Made by a program: the position numbers and the translations under genes. A stretch of DNA of 64,000 bases from Blastocatellia bacterium. Lineage in GTDB: Bacteria > Acidobacteriota > Blastocatellia > RBC074. Numbering within the stretch: the stretch's first letter is position 1; each line of letters starts with the position of its first letter. The stretch covers positions 12,068-76,067 of the forward strand of contig DAOMFR010000005.1 in the NCBI GenBank assembly GCA_035429885.1, read 5' to 3'. The notes beneath the pieces are model-generated. The model saw only the letters and a program-made list of their open reading frames with translations, was not told the origin of the DNA and made no database searches. Shown here piece by piece: positions 18,719 to 28,633 of the stretch.

Positions 18719-19300
18719 CTACGGTTTATGAATCTGTCGCCCCAGCCACGCTTCGGCCATTCGCAAGTCGCGGCGAAGCGTGGCGACGGAAAGGCTTGTG
18801 ACTTCAGCAATTTCTTCCATGCTCAGGCCGCCAAAATAGCGAAGCTCAATGATCCGGCATTTCCGCGTGTCGTGTTTGGCCAAATCTTTCAAGGCTTCGT
18901 CCAGTGCGATGACGTCAGGCGGCGCTTGGCTGGAAACCTCTCTGGCTTCGTCCAGCGGCAAAGGTTGCGCGCCTTTTCCGCGTTTGGCGGCAATATGAGC
19001 GCGCGCGTGGTCTACCAGAATGTTTCGCATTAAGTGCGCCGCAACACCGATGAAATGCGCGCGATTTTGCCAGTCCAGTTCCTGTTGACCGATCAGTTGC
19101 AGATACGCTTCGTTAATCAGGGCTGTGGCGTTCAGCGTGTGGCCTTCGCGTTCGCGGCGCAAAAAGCGAGCGGCCAGTCGGTGCAATTCGTTGTAAACCA
19201 GCGGCGTCAATCGATCTAACGCCTGCTGATCACCATTGCGCCAATCCAGTAACAGTTGGGTGATGTCGTGCGTTCCTTCTTGATGTGAGGACTCTGCCAT
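18719..19300 (-). CDS. ECF-family RNA polymerase sigma factor
   Basis: Sigma-2 region (LLLDWRNGDQQALDRLTPLVYNELHRLAARFL) and sigma-4 HTH (LSMEEIAEVTSLSVATLRRDLRMAEAWL) are both present. The track ORF uses a TTG at 19507. The internal ATG at 19300 (MAESSHQEG) gives a normal ~193-aa ECF sigma and leaves room for a promoter after the terminator at 19542-19579. The stop lies 56 nt from the STK start. Confidence 0.8.
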   Translation of the reverse strand: MAESSHQEGTHDITQLLLDWRNGDQQALDRLTPLVYNELHRLAARFLRREREGHTLNATALINEAYLQLIGQQELDWQNRAHFIGVAAHLMRNILVDHARAHIAAKRGKGAQPLPLDEAREVSSQAPPDVIALDEALKDLAKHDTRKCRIIELRYFGGLSMEEIAEVTSLSVATLRRDLRMAEAWLGRQIHKP

Positions 19301-19541
19301 CGCGTCTCCAGCCGGCAAGGGGTTGTGAAGCACCGAAGAGCTTATCCACTTGGCGCAAACCGAGTCAATAAATTGGCCGACTTTTTGTTGAAGATGTCGC
19401 GAAAGTTGCATAACGATTCCCACCACACTAAAGCGAAAATCGAAGAGCAAATCGCTCACGGCGAAGAAAAAAATCAGAACTGCGACTGATTGGGAGCGAT
19501 TGCACAAGACAAGGCTTCCTACCGGTTGTAGTACTGACTCG

Positions 19542-19579
19542 AAAAAAAGGCCGTGCAGGTTGGAAGCTCCTGCACGGCC
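19542..19579 (-). terminator. Intrinsic terminator of the large surface-protein gene
   Basis: Perfect 11-bp stem ggccgtgcagg / cctgcacggcc with a 9-nt loop, followed on the minus strand by a T7 run. It begins 27 nt after the stop at 19606. Confidence 0.7.
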
Positions 19580-19605
19580 CGGAAAGTTAAACTAAACGCG
19601 CTGTT

Positions 19606-22600
19606 TTAATTCGAAACGTAATTGCTGCGAGACAATTTGGCAGATCCGGCGTTGGAGCCGGTTGTATTGACGACCACTGCGTCCCGGTTGCCAAGCGGCG
19701 TATTTTGCGTTGTCTTGGCGCTCAGGACGATTTTGTCTTCCTCGATGCTGCTGATGGTTACGCTGATTTGCGAACCGCCGCTGCACGATGACGTGCAGTC
19801 AAACCGGACTTGTGTGTTGGCGTTAAAGCCTGTGCCGGTGACAGTAATCGTCGTCGTGTTGAACCGAGGCAGCTTCGCCGGAGTCGCGCTGAGAATGGTC
19901 AGCGGACGCGGCAGCACTTCGATCTGTTGCGGCGCGGTCGTATTTGTGCCGCCTTTGCCGTCGGAAACGGTCAAGGTGATCGAATGGATTCCCACCGCCA
20001 AGGTTGCGTCAACAATCGCGCCTTCGGCAACGGTAGTTTCGCCGTCTTTCCAAACATAAGTCAGCGGATCGAGGTCAGCGTCGCTGGATTGTGAACCGTC
20101 CAGATGAACAATCGCGCCTTGTTTGACCGTCGCCTGGATGGTAGCTGGCAATTGATTCATCTTGGCCACCGGCGGGGTATTGGTTCCGCCGCCGCCACCA
20201 CCGCCGCCGCCACCGCCGCCATCACCACCACCGCCGTCACCGCCAGGGCCTTTGCCACTGCCGGTTTCGTCGTTTTCGACGTCGCTGATCTGAATGCGGA
20301 ACGGCAAGGTTTGATAAATGCCGCCTTTGGCGTCAGTCATCACGATACGAACGTTGGTTGCGGCGGACTGATCACCTTGTTGAGGATTGATGACCAGTTT
20401 CGCTTTGCGAGCAACTGGGTCCATTCCATCAAATCGGGCATAAGATGGCGCGCCAGTCATCGAGAAAATGACCGGGTCGCCGTCGAAATCACTGGCTTCC
20501 AATGAGATCGTGCGCGGCTTGCCAACGATGACGTATTGATCGTTCAAGCTGTTCATCGCTGGCAGCTTATTGCCTGCGACGCCGCCCGATTGCGGGAAAG
20601 TCGCGGTGCCCTTTTTGATTTCTACATCCATTGTGGCCGTCGACGTGTTTCCGGCGCTATCTCTCGCGGTGAAGATGACCGTGGTGATTCCGGCAGGGAA
20701 CAGATAGCCGGGAAGCTTCGATGACGTGACGGAAACCACTCCGTCAACAGCATCATATGCCACGGGCAATGGATAGTTGACCGTCACGCCCACGCTTGAT
20801 CCCGTTGTGCGTGTAATCTTGGTCGGAACGCCGCTGATTACCGGAGGCGTGTTATCGCGCACGTCTACCTGGCGAATCAACGGTTCCGATGAAAGCGCGT
20901 TGCCGTCAGTAACAATCAGTTTCAGCGAATGCGTGCCGATTCCCAGACGGAAGTCCGAAACGGACGCGGACGAAATCAGTGTTTCGCCGTCGTACCATTT
21001 ATATGTCAGCGGATCGTCGACATCAGGATCGGTTGAAATGCGACCGTCTAAACGGACGATGGTTCCCGCCTGAGAGCGCGCTTCGGTGTTGTAATCAATT
21101 GATTCGAAATTCGCCGTCGGCGCGTGATTGTTGGGATTGGTTGAAAGAGTTTTCAGTTGATAACTATCGGTCAACGTCAACGCATGCAGTGTTACGCCGC
21201 CGCCAATGCCGCCAGTCCAGTTGGAACTATCGGGTTGAGCGGCAAACGGTGTTGTCGGTGCTCCATTTGTCCAGGCGAAAATCGGCGAACCGGGAGCCAG
21301 TCGCATCCAGCCGCGGTGGCCTTTCAAAATGGTGCTGGTGACGGGCGGGCCGGTGATGTTGCCTCTGACCTGGCCGAGTCGAACTTCAATGCCGCCAATT
21401 GTTGCGGAATTCTGATCCAGCAGTTCGTCAAACACAGTCGTTTGCACTGAGCCGCGGATATTAATTGGATCCAGAATACTGGCAGGAGGGCGGGCATAAC
21501 CAAAGAAGGTTGTGTTGTCCACCTGACTGGGCAATCCAGCCACAGCCATCACCGAAAACAGACGATCGTAATTTTCGTCGTCAAATGTGATGGTTGCTGT
21601 TTGCAGGTCTTCGTTGCGCGGAAGCGCTCCCGCGGAATTTTTCGCCACTCCCAGCGCGGTATAGCCGAACGTGTTGCCGCTTTGATCCTTTACGCGAGCG
21701 CTGCCAATCAAAAAATTGAAATTGAGCGGCAAATAGCGATTGTCAATCGCTGTCGCCATCACCCAGCCTTTCTGGTTTGGAGCCAGATCGTTCGGGTTGA
21801 GTTCAGTAGTTTGGTTCGGGAACAGCGAAATGATGGTTTCGTTCATGGCGGTTGAATCCGCCATACCGGTGAAAAACACGCGCACACGAGCTTTCTGTGT
21901 CGGGTGCGTATTGGTGATGTACAGGCGCGAATCCCCATAAATGCCGCTGGCAAAGCGAGAGTAAACCAACAAGCTGCCCGGCTTCATTTCGCTTGCTCCG
22001 CTCGAACCGTTGGTCGCGTCCGGTTGATTCGATGTGGCTACGTCGTTGGCAGCAATCGGAGGAACGATAATCGGCATTTTCATGGTGAACGAACTTAGAC
22101 GGCTCAGCACCTGCATATGTCGCGCACTGCGATGTTTTTCGGTCACGCCATCGCTCAACGTTAAGCCGAGCAGCGGAACAGGTGTGCCATCAATTGCCGC
22201 CGCAAAGCTACCCCAACCTGCACGGTCTGGAGTAATAAAGCTGTTCAGAGAAGGCAACGTCCAAATGCCAGTAACAGGTTTGTCCAAGCCGCACGTTGAA
22301 TTGACAATTTGCGGATATGGTCTGCCGCTTTGGTCGTAAGCGATCGCAACGACCTGAAGCGCTTGTGAGCCACCGGCCAAATTAGCTAATGGACTGATCA
22401 AGGTTACGTCAGTTCGATCTGCGGGAACGGGCGGTTCTTCCCCTGCATTCGGATCCTGGTTGTTGATTCGATCCAGGGCGACCAACTGAGGCAACCGATC
22501 GTAATCCGTGTCGTTAAACTTGATTTCAGCTTCTGTCGCTCCATCTTGTAAAGGGATTCCGCCGCCGGTGCGTTTGGCTATGCTGACTGCGTTGTAATTG

Positions 22601-23190
22601 GCTTCGTGACCTGTGGCAGTGCGTCCGGTCACAATGCTGGCGCTGCCAATCAACCAGTTGAATTGCGAAGGAGCTCCTTGTGAATTCACAGCTGTGACGA
22701 TCAGGTAACCTGTCTTGCCTGGGTCTTCGCTGCTGGCCAGCAACGTGCGTGTCTGGTTTGCGGCCAAGTTCAGAAACATATTTTGAACCTGGCAATCGCG
22801 CACGAAAAACAACCGCAGCGTGACGGCATCGCGCGGGTTGACGTTGGTCAATGAAATGATTGTGTTGACATTGCTCGGATTGGCGCTGTCGCTGGTGTAT
22901 TTCGGAAAGAAGAGCAAGCTGCCAGGTTTGGTGTTACTGGCGGCACTTTTCTGAGAATTCGATCCCACCAGTGGAAGTCCGGCTCCGACAGAAGGTTGAT
23001 CGTTTTGAAAAGTGAACGCTGCCGAAGCGGCCTTGGCTGACCAGACTTTGTGGCCGAATAACGTTGCCGCAGAAGCCGCAGCCAAAATCCCCAACGCCAA
23101 AGCCCAAACAGTCGCCTTGCGAATAAAGGCTTGTTGATAACGTTTATATGTCATTTGTTTTAGTTTGATATTTTGAGGTTTGAACTCCAT
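19606..23190 (-). CDS. Large secreted/surface repetitive protein (PKD/HYR/IPT-type Ig-like domains, poly-Gly linker)
   Basis: The N-terminus has a signal anchor. The N-terminal ~350-aa module is internally duplicated (KPGSLLFFPKY... vs KPGSLLVYSRF...). A (G/D)-only tract of about 27 residues follows. Next come two PKD-like repeats (GxIVxLDGSxSxDxDxDPLTYxWxDGET), an HYR-like domain and a C-terminal IPT/TIG-like domain. The preferred start is ATG 23190 (MEFKPQN), 5 nt after AGGAGA. The track ORF starts 30 nt upstream at 23220. Confidence 0.8.
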   Translation of the reverse strand: MEFKPQNIKLKQMTYKRYQQAFIRKATVWALALGILAAASAATLFGHKVWSAKAASAAFTFQNDQPSVGAGLPLVGSNSQKSAASNTKPGSLLFFPKYTSDSANPSNVNTIISLTNVNPRDAVTLRLFFVRDCQVQNMFLNLAANQTRTLLASSEDPGKTGYLIVTAVNSQGAPSQFNWLIGSASIVTGRTATGHEANYNAVSIAKRTGGGIPLQDGATEAEIKFNDTDYDRLPQLVALDRINNQDPNAGEEPPVPADRTDVTLISPLANLAGGSQALQVVAIAYDQSGRPYPQIVNSTCGLDKPVTGIWTLPSLNSFITPDRAGWGSFAAAIDGTPVPLLGLTLSDGVTEKHRSARHMQVLSRLSSFTMKMPIIVPPIAANDVATSNQPDATNGSSGASEMKPGSLLVYSRFASGIYGDSRLYITNTHPTQKARVRVFFTGMADSTAMNETIISLFPNQTTELNPNDLAPNQKGWVMATAIDNRYLPLNFNFLIGSARVKDQSGNTFGYTALGVAKNSAGALPRNEDLQTATITFDDENYDRLFSVMAVAGLPSQVDNTTFFGYARPPASILDPINIRGSVQTTVFDELLDQNSATIGGIEVRLGQVRGNITGPPVTSTILKGHRGWMRLAPGSPIFAWTNGAPTTPFAAQPDSSNWTGGIGGGVTLHALTLTDSYQLKTLSTNPNNHAPTANFESIDYNTEARSQAGTIVRLDGRISTDPDVDDPLTYKWYDGETLISSASVSDFRLGIGTHSLKLIVTDGNALSSEPLIRQVDVRDNTPPVISGVPTKITRTTGSSVGVTVNYPLPVAYDAVDGVVSVTSSKLPGYLFPAGITTVIFTARDSAGNTSTATMDVEIKKGTATFPQSGGVAGNKLPAMNSLNDQYVIVGKPRTISLEASDFDGDPVIFSMTGAPSYARFDGMDPVARKAKLVINPQQGDQSAATNVRIVMTDAKGGIYQTLPFRIQISDVENDETGSGKGPGGDGGGGDGGGGGGGGGGGGTNTPPVAKMNQLPATIQATVKQGAIVHLDGSQSSDADLDPLTYVWKDGETTVAEGAIVDATLAVGIHSITLTVSDGKGGTNTTAPQQIEVLPRPLTILSATPAKLPRFNTTTITVTGTGFNANTQVRFDCTSSCSGGSQISVTISSIEEDKIVLSAKTTQNTPLGNRDAVVVNTTGSNAGSAKLSRSNYVSN
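20186..20247 (-). repeat. Low-complexity (GGN)n tract encoding a poly-Gly/Asp linker
   Basis: ccgccgccaccaccgccgccgccaccgccgccatcaccaccaccgccgtcaccgcc on the plus strand, giving GGDGGGGDGGGGGGGGGGGG in the protein. It may be slippage-prone. Confidence 0.7.
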
Positions 23191-23774
23191 AAGGTCTCCT
23201 CGACGGCTTACCGCCGACATTGCAAGTCAACGTTGTATAAATTTACTGACTTGCCGCCACAGTAACGTAAGAATGTTAAATAACCAGGAGGGGTCGTGGT
23301 TGAGCGAGCTAAGTATTTGGGCAGTAAACTGGCTGCGTTTTCATTCTTCCGTCATACATCGTCACCGGCTGCCATTGTAATAAAGTGGGATGCAGCAATG
23401 GCGATTGACAGGTCTAAAGTGGCAAACGGAATGTTAGCAGCACGATTAAGCTCGAATTTTAATATCCGCAGGAACGGGGTTACGGATGGAGTTAAGATTG
23501 GGTAGTCGGAGTACGTCGCATAATTAGAGGCACATCGCTGTGAGGTCGTACTCAACGCGGCGCACAGTACCACAACCTCAATAAATGCCGCAAGACATTT
23601 TACAATCAGCGCTTTCCAGGCACTTCGTTCTAACCTGAAACGTTGCCGTTGCAGCCTAAACTTGCTGTGATAAGCTGTGCCCGTTTCAATTGCCGCATCC
23701 GCCTTTTGTGCTGAATTCTCCAACCTTGCTTTGGTGAATTCGTTGCGGAATTTTGTGTTCGACAAACGAAGCCG

Positions 23775-24176
23775 ATGTATCAGGTGATAGAGTTTTATCA
23801 ACAGAATCTGCGACTTGCGCGCGAATCGGGACAGCGGCGCGAAGAAATGAGTGCGCTTGCTAGTTTGGGGCGCGCCCACGACGCTTTACAGGAGCATGAC
23901 AAAGCGGTCGAGTTTTATGAACTGGCATTGAGCATCGCGCGCGAACTCGGAGACAGTCGCACTGAGCGAGACGCGCTCAAACATCTGACCCCCCAGTCGC
24001 ATAAGGATCAGGCAACAGCGGGCGTAAAAAAGGCTGGCCGTTCTCGCAAAGCCGGCCCACGCAAGAAATCCGCGGCCAAGTCGGCCAAGAAAGCTTCCAA
24101 AAAATCACGCACGCGCAAATTCGCACTTACTGAAAGTCTAAGTGACGTTACTGGCAAGGACGGATTGGAAGAATAG
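23775..24176 (+). CDS. Small TPR-like protein with Lys-rich histone-H1-like C-terminal tail (hypothetical)
   Basis: 133 aa. ALASLGRAHDALQEHDKAVEFYELALSIARELGDSRTERDAL reads as TPR repeats. The tail KKAGRSRKAGPRKKSAAKSAKKASKKSRTRK is strongly basic. It sits in a lower-GC intergenic zone and the start is uncertain. Confidence 0.4.
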   Translation: MYQVIEFYQQNLRLARESGQRREEMSALASLGRAHDALQEHDKAVEFYELALSIARELGDSRTERDALKHLTPQSHKDQATAGVKKAGRSRKAGPRKKSAAKSAKKASKKSRTRKFALTESLSDVTGKDGLEE

Positions 24177-24376
24177 CGGAAAATTAAAAATGGAGGCCGC
24201 GCTTATAGCTCGATGAATCTGAGGCTGAAGAATGCAGACGATCACGACCGGATTTCATCGTTGCATCGCTTGCCGAGGAGCTTCCGATTGTTCAAGAAGA
24301 CGTTGCGATTGAATTCAATGTGCGGTCAAAGAGTAAATCTCCGTCAGCAGACGGACAATCGTAGGAGAAATGCGGA

Positions 24377-24985
24377 ATGAGAAATTTGGAATGCAGAATA
24401 TTATGGCGAAAACGATTGCCTCTGGTGGCGGTATTCTTATTGGGCCTGGCTTGGTTGGGCTTACCAATTCAGCATTCCGCTTTTCGCATTCCATATTCTC
24501 ATAAGGTCCACGTCAGCGTTGCGCAACTTGAGTACAACCACAAAGCTCAATCCGTCGAAATGGTGTTGCGGGTGTACGCCGATGATTTGGAAAATGCTGT
24601 TAGCCAGCATGCCAAACGGCAAATCAAAATTGATCCCGCCACAGCCAATAAAGACAAACGAATCGGAGAAACGATTCTTGCCTATTTGCGCAGCAGTTTG
24701 GAGCTAAAGACCAAAACAGGTAGCCCAGTAAAACTTAATTGGGTTGGGTTGGATTCGCAGGTGGATATGTACTGGATTTATGTCGAAGGAAAAATGCCTG
24801 CTATGCCTGCGAACTCGAACGGGTTGGATGGATCACAGTTGAAGAACAAGGTTTTTTGCGAACTGTTCGAAGATCAGGTCAACATCGTCAACACCAAAAT
24901 TCGCGAAAAACAGGTTGGATTAATGTTTGAGGCAAAAGACGGCTTCAAAATAATTAGCGACCGTGTTATCTCTAAGCTGAAATAA
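24377..24985 (+). CDS. Hypothetical secreted protein
   Basis: 202 aa with a signal peptide (RKRLPLVAVFLLGLAWLGLPIQHSA). AGGAG lies 10 nt upstream of the start. No recognised domain. Confidence 0.5.
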   Translation: MRNLECRILWRKRLPLVAVFLLGLAWLGLPIQHSAFRIPYSHKVHVSVAQLEYNHKAQSVEMVLRVYADDLENAVSQHAKRQIKIDPATANKDKRIGETILAYLRSSLELKTKTGSPVKLNWVGLDSQVDMYWIYVEGKMPAMPANSNGLDGSQLKNKVFCELFEDQVNIVNTKIREKQVGLMFEAKDGFKIISDRVISKLK

Positions 24986-25391
24986 TCACTGGAAAGGCGA
25001 TGGTTGGAGTTGGTCACTCGCTTGCCGGTAGAAACCCCACACAAAAAATAATGCGACGCGGAATCCTTTTTTCCGGGTCGTCTCTATACAACACCTGCTT
25101 TAGTCAAACCGCCAATTCCAGGCGGGAAAGACTCTCCGGTTTTCAGCAGAAAGACGACTGATAATTTCCGCAAACTTCCAAGCTGAAATACCAATCGCGC
25201 CAAAAACTACAACCCACGGACAAAAGGATTACGCATCGCATTCTCAAGACCCCGGCTCCAGAAAGAACCGGGGAGTAAGGTTTAACGACCTCACTCAGTA
25301 CCGAGCGCATCATGCTGATTCTTGATGTCGAAGTCCTTAATTTGCGTAAAAATCTCGCTAAAATAGTTACTAGGGAGTTGCTAAGACGGGT

Positions 25392-27341
25392 ATGGTCAAT
25401 CTGATCAAGCAGTTATATCAGTTCGAACAATTTCAAATGGACGTCGCAAACCGGCTTTTGCTGCGCAACGGAGAGACTGTTGCAGTCGCCCCCAAGGTTT
25501 TTGACCTGCTTTTGCTGCTGGTCGAAAGATCAGGAGATGTGCTGGAAAAAGACGAGTTGATGAAATTGCTGTGGCCGGACACGTTTGTCGAGGATAACAA
25601 TCTGACAGTTTCGATGTCAGCACTCCGCAAGGCGTTGGGGGACGGCAAAGAAGGGGTAAAGTTCATTGAAACAATTCCGAGGCGCGGTTACCGGTTCGTG
25701 GCACAAGTGAGGAAAACTAATGAATTTTTGGCGCCTGCGACGAATAACGCGGAATCATTTTCAGCGTTGGCCTTGGTGGAACCAGCAGGCACAGAAAGCT
25801 TCTCGACCGATTTCGCGCCAGAGATTGAACCTTTGACGACGGCTGCCCCGCAGATTGGCTCCAGCCGTCAACCGCAAGCCAGAAATAACTTTTTAGCCGT
25901 CGGCGGGTTGTTGTTGATGGCGCTTGTTGCCGGAGCGTTTTGGTGGGGCAGGCAACCTGCGACTGGTTCAGGCGAAATTCGCTCGATTGCGGTGTTGCCC
26001 TTGAAATCTTTCAGTGTCGAAGCGGGCGACGAATTATTCAATCTGGGCATGGCCGACGCTTTGATTACACGACTGAGCAACACTGGCAGAATCGTGGTTC
26101 GGCCAACCAGTGCGATTGCCAAATATGGCCGACCGGATCAGGACCCGCTGATGGCTGGGCGAGAACTGGCAGTTGACGCCGTTTTGGAGGGGCGAATTTT
26201 GCGCGTTGGCCAGCAGATCCGCATCACGGTTCAATTGTTGCGGTTGCCAACAGGCGATGTGATCGGCGCTTGGGAATTTGACGAAATGTTTACCAACATT
26301 TTGGCACTGCAAAAGCAAATTTCCGAAAAAGTCGCGTTGCGGTTGACGATCAAGCTCAACGAAAATGAACAGAAGTTGTTGGCCAAGAACTACACTGAAA
26401 ACACGGCAGCTTTCGAGGCTTATCTGAAAGGCCGTTACTTCTGGAACAAACGCACGCCGGACAGTTTTCCCAAAGCAATTGAGTATTTCAATCAAGCAAT
26501 CGAACTCGATCCAACGTATGCGTTGGCATATGCCGGGCTTGCAGATGTTTATGTTGTGATGGCGACTCCGTATGTGTCTTTGAACGGCAGAAAAGGGGCA
26601 GATTACTGGGACAAGGCAAAAGCAACGGCGTTGAAAGCGCTGGAAATTGATGATTCGTTGGCTGAAGCCCACGCGTCGCTTGGGGCCGTATATGCTTCGG
26701 GCGACGATGTGGCCGCTCACCGTGAATTCGAACGGGCAATTGAACTAAATCCCAATTACGCCACTGTTTATAACTTTTATGCAGTTTGCTTGATTGGCGA
26801 TGCGAAACTGGAAGAAGCACTGGTCAAAGTATCCAAAGCCCATGAACTTGATCCCTTATCAGTTCCCATCGTTACCAGTCATGGCGTGATTCTTTGCCGA
26901 TTGCGCAGGCCAGATGACGCCATCGCCCAATTCAGGAAAGCTGAAGAACTTGATCCGAGTTTTGCTCGAATGCATTGGGGCTTGGGGATGGCGTATGAGC
27001 AGAAAGGAAGTTACGACCAGGCCATCAGTGAATTTCAGAAAGCCGTGAAACTGTCGAATGGCGGTATTGTCGCACTGGCCAGTCTGGGACACGCCTATGG
27101 TATGGCTGGTCGCCGAACCGAAGCTCAGCAAATCCTCGGGCAACTGCTGGAGAGAAATGAAACCGGTGAAAAGAACCCTTACTATCTTGCCGCCGTTTAC
27201 GCCGGGTTGGGTGAGAAAGAAAACGCTTTTGCCGTGCTGGAAAAAAATCGAGGCAATTTTGCGAGCGGGCTGATGAAAAACGATCACTTGTTCGACGCGC
27301 TTCGATCCGATCCACGGTTTGAAGCACTTGTTCGGAAGTAG
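25392..27341 (+). CDS. CadC/OmpR-type winged-helix transcriptional regulator with TM segment and periplasmic TPR domain
   Basis: The N-terminal trans_reg_C winged helix (FDLLLLLVERSGDVLEKDELMKLLWPDTFVEDNNLTVSMSALRKALGD...RRGYRF), a single TM helix, and multiple C-terminal TPR repeats are all present. Confidence 0.85.
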   Translation: MVNLIKQLYQFEQFQMDVANRLLLRNGETVAVAPKVFDLLLLLVERSGDVLEKDELMKLLWPDTFVEDNNLTVSMSALRKALGDGKEGVKFIETIPRRGYRFVAQVRKTNEFLAPATNNAESFSALALVEPAGTESFSTDFAPEIEPLTTAAPQIGSSRQPQARNNFLAVGGLLLMALVAGAFWWGRQPATGSGEIRSIAVLPLKSFSVEAGDELFNLGMADALITRLSNTGRIVVRPTSAIAKYGRPDQDPLMAGRELAVDAVLEGRILRVGQQIRITVQLLRLPTGDVIGAWEFDEMFTNILALQKQISEKVALRLTIKLNENEQKLLAKNYTENTAAFEAYLKGRYFWNKRTPDSFPKAIEYFNQAIELDPTYALAYAGLADVYVVMATPYVSLNGRKGADYWDKAKATALKALEIDDSLAEAHASLGAVYASGDDVAAHREFERAIELNPNYATVYNFYAVCLIGDAKLEEALVKVSKAHELDPLSVPIVTSHGVILCRLRRPDDAIAQFRKAEELDPSFARMHWGLGMAYEQKGSYDQAISEFQKAVKLSNGGIVALASLGHAYGMAGRRTEAQQILGQLLERNETGEKNPYYLAAVYAGLGEKENAFAVLEKNRGNFASGLMKNDHLFDALRSDPRFEALVRK

Positions 27342-27349
27342 TCACTGAA

Positions 27350-28546
27350 TCAAATCACTTCTGCTTGTCGAAACGCGTCAATCTCACTCTCGCGGAAACC
27401 CAATCCAACCAAAACTTCGTTCGTATGCTCGCCGAGCGTCGGCGCCCGGTGGCGAACCGATCCGGGCGTTTCGGACAACTGGACGGGCGTGCTGGAGATC
27501 GGAATGGGTTTGATGCCGTCGGGATATTCGACGAACTTGAACAGGCCGCGCGCCTTGACCTGTGGGTCGTCGAAAACTTCACCCAACTGAAAGACTTTGC
27601 CGCAGGGAATGCGCACTTCTTCCAATTTTTGAATGGCCTCTTCCGTTGTTAGGTGAGAAATCCAGGCGTCCATTGCCTCGTTGATGAGTTCGGAATTATT
27701 ACCGCGCGCCAGATCGTCCACGCAACGCGGATCGTCAATCAGGTCCGGCCTGCCCACCAAGCGCGCCCACCGTTTGAACATCGGCTGACCGATGGTCGCC
27801 ACGACCAACCACCCGTCTTTGGTTTTGTAACAATCGGCTGGAGCAGCGGTGTAACCTGTGTTGCCTTGCTGTTTGCGAACAATGTCCAACACGTAACGTT
27901 CGGCCAAGAGCGATTGCATGAACATCATTCCCGTTGCCAGTAACGATCCGTCCACAATTTGTCCCTGACCGGTTTTTTGCCGATGGAACAGCGCCACCAT
28001 CACGCCAAACGCCGTGTGCAACGCAGTGCCGAAATCTTCAAAAGGAACGACGCTGCGAATCGGCACACCGGGAACTCCGGTCAACGTCATCGCGCCGGAC
28101 ATAGCTTGGATTACCGGATCGAAACCGACGCGATTGGCGTATGGCCCTTCGTGACCGAAGGTGGAAACGCGCGCCATGATAATGTCGGGTTTAATCGCCT
28201 TCAGCGATTCGTAATCGAGTTCCAGCTTTTCCAGCACATCCAGCGGCAAATTAGCGACGACAACATCCGCGGATGCAATCAGTCGGCGTTTGATCTCTCT
28301 CGCGTCGGGATGCGCCGGATCGAGTGTGATGCCTTTTTTGTTACGGTTGAATCCGATGAACATCGGACCTTCGCCGGGTTGATCTTCGGGCGCGGTGATG
28401 GGTGAAACGTAGCGGTCTTCGCCGCCTTCGCGCCGTTCGATGCGGATGACTTCAGCGCCCATATCCGCCAGCAACATCGCGCAATATGGCCCGGCAATGT
28501 AGCGGCCAAAATCTAAAACTCGAATTCCAGCGAGAGGTAAGGTCAT
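27350..28546 (-). CDS. CoA-transferase family III (CaiB/BaiF) protein
   Basis: [37 protein letters not shown] is the family-III CoA-transferase N-terminal signature. Confidence 0.9.
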   Translation of the reverse strand: MTLPLAGIRVLDFGRYIAGPYCAMLLADMGAEVIRIERREGGEDRYVSPITAPEDQPGEGPMFIGFNRNKKGITLDPAHPDAREIKRRLIASADVVVANLPLDVLEKLELDYESLKAIKPDIIMARVSTFGHEGPYANRVGFDPVIQAMSGAMTLTGVPGVPIRSVVPFEDFGTALHTAFGVMVALFHRQKTGQGQIVDGSLLATGMMFMQSLLAERYVLDIVRKQQGNTGYTAAPADCYKTKDGWLVVATIGQPMFKRWARLVGRPDLIDDPRCVDDLARGNNSELINEAMDAWISHLTTEEAIQKLEEVRIPCGKVFQLGEVFDDPQVKARGLFKFVEYPDGIKPIPISSTPVQLSETPGSVRHRAPTLGEHTNEVLVGLGFRESEIDAFRQAEVI

Positions 28547-28559
28547 AATTGAATACGGT

Positions 28560-28610
28560 CGGTCGTAAAGTTGGCAGAAACAGGAGCAGAAAAAATATCT
28601 TCTCTGCTCC
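28560..28610 (-). terminator. Possible terminator of the OPT transporter gene (weak)
   Basis: ggagcag / ctgctcc 7-bp stem with a 14-nt loop, followed on the minus strand by tgtttct. The loop is long and the U-tract poor. Confidence 0.25.
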
Positions 28611-28633
28611 CATTTTCTGTGAGTACAGCGACT

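Noticed and set aside
19300-19507. Longer ECF sigma ORF from TTG 19507
   Set aside because: It would add about 70 non-conserved hydrophobic residues and place the start only 35 nt after a strong terminator with no room for a promoter. The ATG at 19300 gives the canonical ECF length.
23352-23879. 175-aa minus-strand ORF in the low-GC intergenic zone
   Set aside because: The protein looks random (R/L/K-rich, no hydrophobic core pattern) and it overlaps the more plausible TPR ORF. No RBS.
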